Below are positions 38,108 to 47,773 of a DNA stretch of 57,386 nucleotides, piece by piece. Position 1 is the stretch's first letter, and every line of letters begins with the position of its first letter. The notes below the pieces were generated by a model, which searched no databases, was not told where the DNA came from, and saw only the letters and a program-made list of their open reading frames with translations. The stretch lies in contig CAYGSL010000023.1 of the NCBI GenBank assembly GCA_964352475.1, forward strand, positions 1 through 57,386, written 5' to 3'. The translations under genes and the position numbers were made by a program. This DNA is from an uncultured Pseudomonadales bacterium. GTDB lineage: Bacteria; Pseudomonadota; Gammaproteobacteria; Pseudomonadales; JAUIET01.

Positions 38108-38614
38108 ATGAAGTCTGCATCTATTAAACACCTGCCGAAACGTGAACGCCCCGCCAGCTTGAGGGGGTTCGATCGATCTTTGCCTATGTCTCTGCTGCGA
38201 GCCAGGGAAGCGGTAATGAAGGAATTCATTCCGTCATTAAAGGAGTTTGGTCTTACCCCGCAACAATGGCGGGTCATTCGTTCGCTGGAGCAACATGGCG
38301 AACAGCCGTTGAGTACGCTTGCTGAGAACTGCTTCTTATTGATGCCGAGCTTATCGCGTATTGTGCAAAACCTTGAAGCGCGAGAGTTTGTCAGCCGCAA
38401 AGCCGTTGCTGGCGACCAGCGCAGCTCCATGATTGTACTAAGCGCCAGTGGTAAAGGCCTGTTTAAACGGATTGCGCCACGTTCTGCAGAGCGTTACGAC
38501 CGCATTACGGAGCGTTTTGGATATGGCAAGCTGGAGCTCTTGTATGAACTGCTGGAAGAACTGGTAGACCGGCTTGATGATGAGCAAGAATTGCTCGATT
38601 CCAGGTCCAATTGA
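38108..38614 (+). CDS. hpaR: Homoprotocatechuate degradation MarR regulator
   Basis: RSLPMSLLRAREAVM..F.P.L...GLT.QQWRVIR.L, PSLSRI, DQR. Confidence 0.88.
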   Translation: MKSASIKHLPKRERPASLRGFDRSLPMSLLRAREAVMKEFIPSLKEFGLTPQQWRVIRSLEQHGEQPLSTLAENCFLLMPSLSRIVQNLEAREFVSRKAVAGDQRSSMIVLSASGKGLFKRIAPRSAERYDRITERFGYGKLELLYELLEELVDRLDDEQELLDSRSN

Positions 38615-38700
38615 AACCGGATACTTTTACTCTTTTAGCCTTTGTATAAAGGCCTAACACTGCACTACACTAAAACGGAATTCCCACAGTCAAAAGGAGC

Positions 38701-38729
38701 TTGACGGGCGGTCACTTGGGCACTAAATT
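38701..38729 (+). promoter_or_regulatory. sigma70 promoter for the MFS gene
   Basis: TTGACG-N17-TAAATT about 50 nt before ATG 38780. Confidence 0.5.
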
Positions 38730-38779
38730 GCGCGCCCGCGGTCAGTATTGACGGCTCAGCATCTGTTCAGAGCATTCTA

Positions 38780-40861
38780 ATGATAGGTACTCTTGCCTCA
38801 TTGTTCTCACCGCTATTCAGTGGTTTCGTATTGATGATCGCCTATGGTCTGATCGGCATTCTATTGCCGGTGCGAATGGGCCTGGAACAGATGAGTACAG
38901 ACACTATAGGCCTGGTGTTGTCTATGTACGCCGTAGGTATGTTGTTTGGTGGACTGTACAGCAAGGCCATGATTAACCGCGCAGGCCATATCCGGGTATT
39001 TGCTGCCTCTGCGGCATTAGCCGCGATCAGCATTTTAGCCTGCAGTCTGCACACGGACCCCATTCTCTGGGGTGTGATGCGAATGTTGATGGGCTTCTGC
39101 AATGCCTGTGTGTTTACAGCCATCGACAGCTGGTTAAGCGGGCAGGCGACTCAGGAAACGCGTGGGCGAATTTTAGCGACCAATCAAATTTCAATCATGA
39201 CCGCTATTTTTATCGGGCAATTCGGCTTAAACATTGCAGACCCTGGTGGCAGCACATTGTTTGTGATGGCCGGAATGGTGCTGTCACTATCGGTAATCCC
39301 AATGGTGATGAGTCGCTCAGCGGGCCCTGCAATTGAGGATGGTGGCTCAATGCCATTCAAAAAACTCTTTATCAGTTCTCCGCTTGGCGTGATCACCTGC
39401 GTGTTTGCGGGTCTGCTCTACACAGGCGGTTTCAACATGCTGCCACTGTTCGCGTCACACCACGGTATTTCTGGGCTGCAATTGTCGCAATTTATGGGAG
39501 CGGCCGTATTCGGTGCATTGGCCTTACAGTTTCCGGTCGGTATGCTGTCTGATCGCATGGACAGGCGAACGCTGATGCTGGGTCTTTTGGTGGTCTGCAT
39601 GGTCGGTGGCCTGAGTGTTCCATTTTCCGCAGAAGCGGGCAGTTTGCCCCTCATGATGATTGGCGTGGCGTTTATGATAGGCATATCGGCCTGTTTATAC
39701 CCATTGGCCATATCGCAAACCTTTGACACCATTCAGCAGAAAGACCTGGTCAGCGCCATGGGTGGCTTGATTACAGTTTACGCACTCGGCAGCATCATTG
39801 GTCCGTACTCCGCCTCGCTGGTGATGAAAACCTTCGGCGTCAATAGTCTGTTTACATTTATGGCAATAGCTCAAACGCTGCTGCTATTACTGATCGTGTA
39901 CCGCATGTTTGTTCGCGAAGCCTTGCCTGTTGAAGATCAGGAAAGTTATGTACCTATGGTGTATGAAATAGGTAATGCCATCGAGCTAGACCCTCGTTCC
40001 GAATATCATGAGCCACACGAAATGATGGGTCTGGAGGCGCAATATGCATTGTCGATTGCGGATGAGCACCCGGGAGTAGCGGTCAATATTGCGAAAACCC
40101 TGGCTGAAATGTCGCCCAGTCAGGCGGCAAGGCTGGCCGGGTCAATCGCACAGGTTGATGGCGTGAACGCGGTGCGTCTATTTAATGCCATGAGCGATGC
40201 CTTGCCAGAATCCAATCTTGAACTTGCTGAAGCAGTAGCAATGGGTTCACCTCAGCATGCCGCAGAGATTATTCGCCAGGTCAGTCAGCGCTTTCCCGAG
40301 CAACTGAATGACTACGTAGCCGCAGTAACAAAAGCGGCGCCTGACGTAAGCGTTGATGTTATTGCCGCCGCCGCCGAGTCATTGGTGCTTGAGTCACCAG
40401 ATGAGGTGATGGAAATCGCGCAAGCGTATGCAAACTCACTGTCTGAAGGGCGTGATGACCTCAGGCCAATCGACCGTGAAGCCGAACACTCTGAAGAATG
40501 GGCTGGTGAAGTAGTTGGTCAGCTCAGCGAAATGTTGCCAGAGCAATCGGTGGAATTTGCGTCTACATTCGCACAGGCGATGCCTGAGGCCGTACCTCAT
40601 ATTGCCTCTGCTTACGCCGAACATCTCTCAAGCGCTCACGATAACGACGAAGACACACTGCAGGCGGATGCAGCCAACGAGTTTATAACCAGAATTAGCG
40701 AAGTGGCGCCTGAGCAAGCGGTTGACGCCGCTGCCACCCTTGTTGAGGCTATGCCTGAAGTTGCCTCAGAAGTGATCGACAGTCTGCACCAGGCTGACGA
40801 AGAATTTGAGCAGTTGTCTTCGAATATTAACGAAAAGCCGGAAGATTGGTCTTCCGATTGA
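38780..40861 (+). CDS. MFS transporter (YcaD-like) with long acidic helical-repeat C-terminal domain
   Basis: 12 TM with RAGHIRVFA, SWL....ETRG, SSPLG, QFPVG.LSDR.DRR; about 300 aa Ala/Glu/Pro-rich tail. Confidence 0.87.
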   Translation: MIGTLASLFSPLFSGFVLMIAYGLIGILLPVRMGLEQMSTDTIGLVLSMYAVGMLFGGLYSKAMINRAGHIRVFAASAALAAISILACSLHTDPILWGVMRMLMGFCNACVFTAIDSWLSGQATQETRGRILATNQISIMTAIFIGQFGLNIADPGGSTLFVMAGMVLSLSVIPMVMSRSAGPAIEDGGSMPFKKLFISSPLGVITCVFAGLLYTGGFNMLPLFASHHGISGLQLSQFMGAAVFGALALQFPVGMLSDRMDRRTLMLGLLVVCMVGGLSVPFSAEAGSLPLMMIGVAFMIGISACLYPLAISQTFDTIQQKDLVSAMGGLITVYALGSIIGPYSASLVMKTFGVNSLFTFMAIAQTLLLLLIVYRMFVREALPVEDQESYVPMVYEIGNAIELDPRSEYHEPHEMMGLEAQYALSIADEHPGVAVNIAKTLAEMSPSQAARLAGSIAQVDGVNAVRLFNAMSDALPESNLELAEAVAMGSPQHAAEIIRQVSQRFPEQLNDYVAAVTKAAPDVSVDVIAAAAESLVLESPDEVMEIAQAYANSLSEGRDDLRPIDREAEHSEEWAGEVVGQLSEMLPEQSVEFASTFAQAMPEAVPHIASAYAEHLSSAHDNDEDTLQADAANEFITRISEVAPEQAVDAAATLVEAMPEVASEVIDSLHQADEEFEQLSSNINEKPEDWSSD

Positions 40862-40916
40862 GTCCGCTACCGCAAACGGCGTATCATTGTTGCCTGAACA
40901 GCCATTGGTGAGTCTT

Positions 40917-41696
40917 ATGTTGCGTTTTCTCAGTGCTCTCTTGCTCGCTAGCTTGTTTGCCTGCAGTTCAAATACCGGCACCTCAGAACCACAGTATGCG
41001 CCTGCTAACGGCAAATCCATCGCGGTGTATGGAGCCAGCGGCAAAATTGGCGGTCTCATTGTTGATGAAGCATTGAAACGTGGCTACCAGGTGTTTGGCA
41101 TATCCAGAAGTCCTCTGGCATTAGAGCTTGAGGCGCCGGGTTTTCTCGCCGTTCGTGGCGATTTAACCGACCGCGACTCGGTACTAACGCTGGCAAAAAC
41201 AGTGGATGCAATTATTATTTCCGTGTCAGGCACTGGCGAAGGGAATCTGCCTGAGACTACGGTTCATGCGGTGGGTGCTCAACACATGGTAAGCGTGTTG
41301 TCGGAATTGGAGAATGCGCCCCGTGTGATTCAAATTGGTGGCGCCACCACCATGTTTGGCGACGCGGGTGCCATGTTGGAAAACATGCCGTTTCGTGCCA
41401 AACCAGGTTCACCCATGCATGCAATGCTGTTTGGCCATAGGGTTGCGCTAGACGCGTATATTGCCAGCGATATCAGCTGGACGGTTGTAACACCGCCGGT
41501 GAAAATTCTTGGCTGGACACCTAGAGAAATTAAAGACCCGGATACCAGCATGGGCGCTTACCGCACCTCAACCACAGAGTTAGTGGTTGACGATGAAGGT
41601 GAAAACTCAATTTACGTACGTGATCTTGCCATCGCCACTGTAGACGAACTGGATAACGCCAAGTTTGTTCAGCAGCGATTTACAGTTGGCTACTGA
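40917..41696 (+). CDS. NAD(P)H-binding oxidoreductase (COG2910-like) with lipoprotein signal
   Basis: Lipobox LFAC; YGASGKIG, ISWTVVTPP, SI.V.DLA.A.VDEL.......RFTVGY. Confidence 0.8.
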   Translation: MLRFLSALLLASLFACSSNTGTSEPQYAPANGKSIAVYGASGKIGGLIVDEALKRGYQVFGISRSPLALELEAPGFLAVRGDLTDRDSVLTLAKTVDAIIISVSGTGEGNLPETTVHAVGAQHMVSVLSELENAPRVIQIGGATTMFGDAGAMLENMPFRAKPGSPMHAMLFGHRVALDAYIASDISWTVVTPPVKILGWTPREIKDPDTSMGAYRTSTTELVVDDEGENSIYVRDLAIATVDELDNAKFVQQRFTVGY

Positions 41697-42529
41697 AACA
41701 ATTTCTGGAACTCATCCAGTAAAGACAGCGTTTTGTCCTCGTCGACTGACTGCAAACCAAATATCAATCTGTCTACGCCCATATCAACTAAAGAGCTGAT
41801 GGTATCCGGATCTTCTGGCGCGTAATACACGGATACTTCTATCTCAGCGCGGTCGCGACCGGCTTCCTTGCACGCCTCATCCAGCGCATTTAGCTGCTCA
41901 GCAAACCCTTCTGTAGCCCTACCCCAAATAGGCATCCAGCCATTTCCATAACTGATTGCGCGGCGCACCGCACCCGGAGCCGAACCACCTATATGAATTG
42001 GCGGGTGCGGTTTTTGCACTGGCTTTGGGTTTTGGTAGGTAGGCTCAAAATTAATCAGCTTACCGTGGTATTCGGCAATCTCATTGGTCCACAACGCCTG
42101 CATGGCTTCGATTACTTCGCGCATTCGCCGAAAACGCGTGTTCGGGTCTGTGCCATGGTCGCTCATTTCTTCAAGGTTCCAGCCGCCACCTATGCCCAGC
42201 ATAAATCGGCCTTTGGATACAACGTCCAGGCTGGCTACCTCCTTGGCCAGATGAATCGGATCGCGCTGAACAACCAGCGCAATACCAGTGGCCAGTTTCA
42301 AGGTGGAAGTATTTACTGCAGCCGCCGTTAAGGCCACAAACGGGTCCAATGTGTCGTAGTACATTTGTGGTAAGTCAGTGCCACCAGGCCAAGGCGATTT
42401 GCGACTTGCAGGAATATGCGAATGTTCGGCCAACCAAAGTGATTCAAACCCGCGCTCTTCCATCGCCGGGCCAAGTGCGGCAGTGGGCATGGAATAATCG
42501 GTGGGGAAGGTGCAAATGCCGTACTTCAT
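41690..42529 (-). CDS. LLM-class, probably F420-dependent oxidoreductase (Rv2161c-like)
   Basis: EERGFESLWLAEHSHIP, DPFVALTAAA..T..LKLATG, LAKEVASLD.VS.GRF.LGIG.GWN.EE, PKPVQKPHPPI. Confidence 0.82.
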   Translation of the reverse strand: MKYGICTFPTDYSMPTAALGPAMEERGFESLWLAEHSHIPASRKSPWPGGTDLPQMYYDTLDPFVALTAAAVNTSTLKLATGIALVVQRDPIHLAKEVASLDVVSKGRFMLGIGGGWNLEEMSDHGTDPNTRFRRMREVIEAMQALWTNEIAEYHGKLINFEPTYQNPKPVQKPHPPIHIGGSAPGAVRRAISYGNGWMPIWGRATEGFAEQLNALDEACKEAGRDRAEIEVSVYYAPEDPDTISSLVDMGVDRLIFGLQSVDEDKTLSLLDEFQKLFQ

Positions 42530-42598
42530 TGTTTTTTCCTAATTTGTATCATCAACAGCGGGTGATAAGGTACACCGCTAGCGTACAGGAAAACAACA

Positions 42599-43444
42599 AT
42601 GAAATACTGGCTTATCGTGCCGTGGACACCGGTTGAGGAAATGATCCAGATTGCCAAGCACGCAGATCAACTTGGATTTTATGGATTGATGGGCGCAGAC
42701 CATGGGTTTGTGCCGAAATCAATGGTGTCTGAGTACCCGTATACAAAAGACGGCGCACCGCCCATTGACGGCAGCATGCCATATCCGGAAGTTTGGACGT
42801 CCATTGCCGCAATGAGTGCGGTGACCAGCAAACTAAAATTTTCCACCGCGGTTTATGTGTTGCCGCTGCGCAACCCAATCGAGGTGGCCAAGGCAACCGG
42901 AACCATCGCCAACATCAGCGGCAACCGCCTGGTGCTGGGCGCAGGTGTAGGCTGGATGCCGGAAGAGTTTGCAACTTACGGTGTTGATTTTAAAACGCGT
43001 GGCAAGCGCATGAACGAGTGTATCGACGTGCTAAACCTGATTTGGGACGGCGGCTACGTGGAATACCACGGCGAATTTTTTGACTTCGAGCCATTGCAGA
43101 TAGCACCCGCACCTACCCAACGCGTACCAATTATAATTGGCGGTGCAAGCAAGCCCGCGTTGTGGAGAGCCGGCAGAGTCGCGCAAGGCTGGATGGGGAA
43201 TGGCAATGACCCGCAAGAGATGCCAACTATCTTCAAACACCTCAAAGACTCACGAGAATCGTTTGGTCGCAGCGATGAAGACTTTGACATTATTTTGGCA
43301 ATGAATGACTTTCCTTCGGCTGAGCAAATGGCCGAGTATGTGGGGCAGGGTGCTACCGGCACCTTTGTCGGTTTTCCAGACCACACTGTGCCAGTGTCTC
43401 AGAAACTGAAAATGCTTGATGGGATGGCAAAGGCCTTTCTGTAG
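42599..43444 (+). CDS. LLM-class, probably F420-dependent oxidoreductase (TIGR03619-like)
   Basis: ADH..VP...SEYPY, VYVLPLRNP..VAK, RLVLGAGVGWMPEEF, F.TRGKR..E, YHGEFFDF. Confidence 0.82.
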   Translation: MKYWLIVPWTPVEEMIQIAKHADQLGFYGLMGADHGFVPKSMVSEYPYTKDGAPPIDGSMPYPEVWTSIAAMSAVTSKLKFSTAVYVLPLRNPIEVAKATGTIANISGNRLVLGAGVGWMPEEFATYGVDFKTRGKRMNECIDVLNLIWDGGYVEYHGEFFDFEPLQIAPAPTQRVPIIIGGASKPALWRAGRVAQGWMGNGNDPQEMPTIFKHLKDSRESFGRSDEDFDIILAMNDFPSAEQMAEYVGQGATGTFVGFPDHTVPVSQKLKMLDGMAKAFL

Positions 43445-43465
43445 AACTTCGCGATTGCAGCTGCT

Positions 43466-43939
43466 CTATAAACCAAGATCACTCAAGCCAGGGTGATCAT
43501 CAGGTCGTCGACCTTGCGGCCATCGGAATTTTCGCTCGCTTTCAGCTATGGCAAGGTCATTGATGCTGGCGTGTCGCTCAGCCATTAAACCCTGCTCGTC
43601 AAACTGCCAGTTTTCGTTGCCGTAAGAGCGATACCATTGGCCGTTGTCATCATGCCATTCGTAAGCGAACCGTACGGCTATGCGATTTCCTTCAAACGCC
43701 CACAACTCCTTGATCAATCTGTATTCGCTTTCACGCTGCCATTTAGTTTCGAGAAACGCTTTGATTTGCTCGCGCCCAACTGGAAACTCATTGCGGTTGC
43801 GCCAGCGGCTGTCAGCGGTATAGGCCATGGCCACTTTATCAGGATTGCGTCCGTTCCAGCCGTCTTCCGCCATGCGCACTTTTTGCGCTGCAGTTTCTGC
43901 TGTAAAAGGAGGGAAAGGAGGGCGTGATTCATCGCTCAT
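43466..43939 (-). CDS. DUF1348 family NTF2/SnoaL-like protein
   Basis: [56 protein letters not shown]. Confidence 0.9.
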   Translation of the reverse strand: MSDESRPPFPPFTAETAAQKVRMAEDGWNGRNPDKVAMAYTADSRWRNRNEFPVGREQIKAFLETKWQRESEYRLIKELWAFEGNRIAVRFAYEWHDDNGQWYRSYGNENWQFDEQGLMAERHASINDLAIAESERKFRWPQGRRPDDHPGLSDLGL

Positions 43940-44032
43940 TGTGGTGGTCCTGGGTCAGTGATATTTCCATGGCCTCTATGACATCATGCTGCAGTTGATG
44001 TTCCCGAACACGGCGAATTGATGCCTGTGTGG

Positions 44033-44500
44033 TCAGCCGCTAAAGTCAGCTAAACCGCTGTTCTCAAAAAACTCGATCAGCAATGGATCACCCGGCCTCT
44101 CCATATAAGCCACCGCCAAACCCGGCGCAAAATCAGCACGCCAGATGGGTTCATAAGCAAACGGTTTCGCACGGTCAATGATCGTTTGTAAATCGTCTAC
44201 GATAAAACGCAGGTGATGCATGCCTTCACGTCCTGCGTCTATAAATTCCTTATGTGGTGTGCCACCCGAAACCCACTCAATAAGTTCAATTTCGATATCG
44301 CCACTTTTGCCAAATGCCAGTTTTACTTCCGCTTGTTCTGGTTGGCCACGAAACACATAGTCGTATGGACCAGGGTTCATACGCATGAACGGCCCAAATA
44401 GGGGTTCATACTTTGCGATAGCCGCCTCGATGTCTTTATAGACAAATCCAACCTGATCCATGGGTGGTAAATCCAGCGCTTGTTGTAATTCTGTGCTCAC
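44033..44500 (-). CDS. VOC family protein (methylmalonyl-CoA epimerase-like)
   Basis: DQVGFV..DIE.A, IEIELIE, EGMHHLRF.V.D, LIEF. Confidence 0.82.
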   Translation of the reverse strand: MSTELQQALDLPPMDQVGFVYKDIEAAIAKYEPLFGPFMRMNPGPYDYVFRGQPEQAEVKLAFGKSGDIEIELIEWVSGGTPHKEFIDAGREGMHHLRFIVDDLQTIIDRAKPFAYEPIWRADFAPGLAVAYMERPGDPLLIEFFENSGLADFSG

Positions 44501-44638
44501 GATAGTGCCTCCAGCGATCTGCCTGCGAGTCTAGCATAGTGAAAAACAACTGTAAGTGAGCTGTGTTTTGCAAAGCTGTTAGCACGGGCAAAGACGCGGT
44601 ATTCTATGCTCCAGATCATTAGCCAAAGGAATGTTTAT

Positions 44639-44833
44639 ATGCGGTGCGATGAAATTGATTTCGAGATTATTGGCCACAGCATGCAGATGGTTGAGATGGA
44701 GCTGGACCCGGGCGAAACAGTGGTTGCCGAAGCGGGGGAAATGAACTATCTGGAAGATGGTATTGAATACGAGGCTCGCATGGGTGATGGCTCGGTCCTT
44801 GGCGGTATTGGGTGTTTGCTGGATGGGAAATAG
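44639..44833 (+). pseudogene. AIM24/TIGR00266 family gene with large in-frame internal deletion
   Basis: 64 aa: family N-terminus ([29 protein letters not shown]...MGDGS) joined directly to family C-terminus (VLGGIG.LLDG). Confidence 0.7.
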
Positions 44834-44836
44834 ATC

Positions 44837-45943
44837 GTGCCAAATTATCATGACTTAAGACCCAAAGCGGATTACGAAGAGCGCGGTTATCCGCTGGTGT
44901 TCCCCAAAATGGGCGTTACTGAAAAGAAGCGAACCATCGCAGGATTATTGCGTCTGCGCGCCGGCTTGAGCGAAATAGCGACCAAGAAAACCGATAACAA
45001 TTTGTTGGTGGCCAGTTGGAACATCAAGGAATTTGGTCACACCACCCAACGCCTGAACGAAGCGTATTTTTATATCGCAGAAACCATCTCGGCATTTGAT
45101 CTAGTTGCTATCCAGGAAATCAAATCCACCCTGGTTGATCTGGATATCCTGATGCGCTTACTGGGTGAAGGTTGGGCTTATGTGATCAACGACGTAACCA
45201 ACGGTCGTGATGGAAATGCAGAACGCGGGGCCTACCTGTTTAATCGTGATCGCGTAAAATTGGCGGGGCTTGCAGGCGAAATTACTTTATGGGACGAGCT
45301 CACAAAAGATCGCAAAGTAAAGCAGTTAAAACGCACTCCCTACATCACCGGTTTTCAGGCGGGCTGGAAATCGTTTGCGATGATCAATCTGCATTTGCAT
45401 CCTGGCGATTCAAAAGACGATCTTGCCTACAGGCAGGCCGAAGTGAAATTGTTGTTGGATGCGTTCGCAGAAAAACGAAAGCGCGGTCACTTCTGGACTC
45501 AAAATTTGATTTTGGTCGGTGATTTCAATTTTTATAATACTGACGCTGAAACCGTGCAGATGATTGAAGACTCCGGTTTCTTTCAGATTATTAGTCTGGA
45601 TGGCGTGGACACAAACGCGTCAAAAACAGAAGCCTATGATCGCTTTTTTCTGACAAGAAATGATTATTTCAAGATCGAGAAAGACGCACAAGGCATAGAG
45701 CTGGCCGGTGTGTTTGATCCGTTTCAGTATGTGTATCAGGACGAATCGTTTAAGACATACCGACAGTCCATGTTGAAACAATACGGCGGCAAGAAGGATT
45801 TAGCCAATGACGACGCAGCCCTAAAGCGCTACTACAAAAACCCATGGCGTAAAAACCAGATTTCCGATCACTTCCCAATCTGGTTTACCCTGTGCATTGA
45901 CTCATCCGATCAATTCCTGCAGCAAAAGCTGGCCGCTTTATGA
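44837..45943 (+). CDS. Endonuclease/exonuclease/phosphatase (DNase I-like) protein
   Basis: ASWNIKEF, FDLVAIQE, ER..YLF, RTPY, LVGDFN, YDR, ISDHFPIW. Confidence 0.87.
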   Translation: MPNYHDLRPKADYEERGYPLVFPKMGVTEKKRTIAGLLRLRAGLSEIATKKTDNNLLVASWNIKEFGHTTQRLNEAYFYIAETISAFDLVAIQEIKSTLVDLDILMRLLGEGWAYVINDVTNGRDGNAERGAYLFNRDRVKLAGLAGEITLWDELTKDRKVKQLKRTPYITGFQAGWKSFAMINLHLHPGDSKDDLAYRQAEVKLLLDAFAEKRKRGHFWTQNLILVGDFNFYNTDAETVQMIEDSGFFQIISLDGVDTNASKTEAYDRFFLTRNDYFKIEKDAQGIELAGVFDPFQYVYQDESFKTYRQSMLKQYGGKKDLANDDAALKRYYKNPWRKNQISDHFPIWFTLCIDSSDQFLQQKLAAL

Positions 45944-46001
45944 GCATTAGTGCACGCTAAACAGGTTATAATCTCCGCACTGTGAATCGAAGAGAACAAT
46001 A

Positions 46002-46703
46002 ATGACTAAAACAAGCAAACTTCAAATTATCGCCATTGTAGTTGCCGTTATTGCCATGCTGGGTCAAAAGCTCGGTGTGTTGCCGTTCGGTATTGCCTTC
46101 CCCGGTTTTGGTCTGGCTCTTCTGGTGGTTGTGCTGATCGGTGTATTCGGCCTGCTCGCTTTGCTGTGGGGCCTGGTGCGCGGCAATAGTGACTCTAGGG
46201 GCCCCGCTGTACAAATGATGCTGGTAGGCCTGGTGCCACTTGCCGTAATAGCTTTAGTGGTAGGCCCGGGTTTGTCTGCGCCACCAATACATGACATTAC
46301 AACTGACATGTCGGATCCGCCCGAGTTTGTTGCTGGAAAAGCAGCACGCACGGAAGGGGAGAACAGTACGGATTACGAAGGCGAGGTAATCGCAAAGCAA
46401 CAACGTGAAGCGTTCCCTGAGTTGAGTTCGATACAAACAAGTCTGGGTCAGCAAGCGGCTTTTGATCGAAGTCTTGAAGTTGTGAATGAAATGGGCTGGA
46501 CGCTGCTTGAGAAAGACATTGTCAATGGCCGAATAGAAGCTTATGAAGAAACTGCATTATTCGGTTTTATTGACGACGTTGTGATTCGTGTTCGTGGCGC
46601 AGAAAATGGCAGCGTTGTTGATCTGCGTTCGAACTCGCGCGTGGGGCAAGGAGATTTGGGAGCAAATGCAGCGCGTATTCAGCGTTTTGTTGAGGCGTTT
46701 TAG
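46002..46703 (+). CDS. DUF1499 domain membrane protein
   Basis: 3 TM, then PPIHDITTD..DPPEF, GRIEA...FGFIDDVVIRV, VDLRS.SRVG.GDLGANA.RI. Confidence 0.88.
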   Translation: MTKTSKLQIIAIVVAVIAMLGQKLGVLPFGIAFPGFGLALLVVVLIGVFGLLALLWGLVRGNSDSRGPAVQMMLVGLVPLAVIALVVGPGLSAPPIHDITTDMSDPPEFVAGKAARTEGENSTDYEGEVIAKQQREAFPELSSIQTSLGQQAAFDRSLEVVNEMGWTLLEKDIVNGRIEAYEETALFGFIDDVVIRVRGAENGSVVDLRSNSRVGQGDLGANAARIQRFVEAF

Positions 46704-46783
46704 AGCCCTATCGCTTGAGTAATCACATTCCGCCATAGCTTTCGGCGTGGTCGGATACCACCTCCAGCCTTTTTCACACGATG

Positions 46784-47611
46784 TCAGTCGTAAATGGTAG
46801 GAATCGGAACCCGCTTGTGCTGGGTTTTCTCATAGATTCCAACCAACCGTTTGGCAACGTCTGGATCTACCGGCCTGCCTTCAAGAAAATCATCAATCTG
46901 GTCATAGGTCATGCCTAATGCCTGCTCATCCGCTTTCTGCGGTGACAAAGATTCCAGATCGGCAGTAGGCGCCTTTTTAACAATATGGGCAGGCGCGCCC
47001 AAATGTTCAGCCACTTGCCGAACCTGACGCTTATTCAAGCCAAACAAGGGAGCAAGATCACAAGCGCCGTCACCATACTTGGTATAGAAACCGGTAATGT
47101 TCTCTGCTGAATGATCTGTACCCAACACCAGGCCGTCGAGCATGCCGGCAATTTCATATTGGATGACCATTCGCGTTCTGGCTTTTACATTGCCTTTTAT
47201 AAAATCACGCTTGCTGTTGCTTTCTGGCAACAGCCCGTTGCCTTCCAGCGCGTGGCAAGTTTGTTCATGAATAGCGTCGGCGCCTGGTTGGACATTGACC
47301 GAAAGCGCCTGGCTGGGTTGTATAAAGTTGATAGCGTCCTGGGCGTCTGATTCGTCTTTTTGCACGTTATACGGCAAGCGCACGGCAATAAACTCGTAGT
47401 TAGTGTCTGAATCTTCGCTGTTCAGTTGATCCACTGCCAGCTGCGCAAGACGGCCCAAAGTACACGAATCAATACCGCCACTAATGCCCAGCACCAAGGC
47501 TCGCAGATTGGCGCCCTTAAGTTGGGCTTTTATAAAATCAACTCGCCGCGCCACCTCTTCTTCGGCATTAATTTCAGGTTTTACGCGCATTTCATCAATG
47601 ATGGATTGCAT
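46784..47611 (-). CDS. nadE: Ammonia-dependent NAD+ synthetase
   Basis: [50 protein letters not shown]. Confidence 0.96.
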   Translation of the reverse strand: MQSIIDEMRVKPEINAEEEVARRVDFIKAQLKGANLRALVLGISGGIDSCTLGRLAQLAVDQLNSEDSDTNYEFIAVRLPYNVQKDESDAQDAINFIQPSQALSVNVQPGADAIHEQTCHALEGNGLLPESNSKRDFIKGNVKARTRMVIQYEIAGMLDGLVLGTDHSAENITGFYTKYGDGACDLAPLFGLNKRQVRQVAEHLGAPAHIVKKAPTADLESLSPQKADEQALGMTYDQIDDFLEGRPVDPDVAKRLVGIYEKTQHKRVPIPTIYD

Positions 47612-47773
47612 GGATATAACTCTTCAATAATTGCTGAGGTTGAATTATCGCTGAAAATTCATATGTTTTCAGCATCCAGCTCGTAAAAGTAATTTTACTA
47701 ACGCTCGTTCGCGGACATCAGAGACTTAGGGCATACTTATTGTCAAAGAGTGCAAAACTTGTATGGAGTTTGC

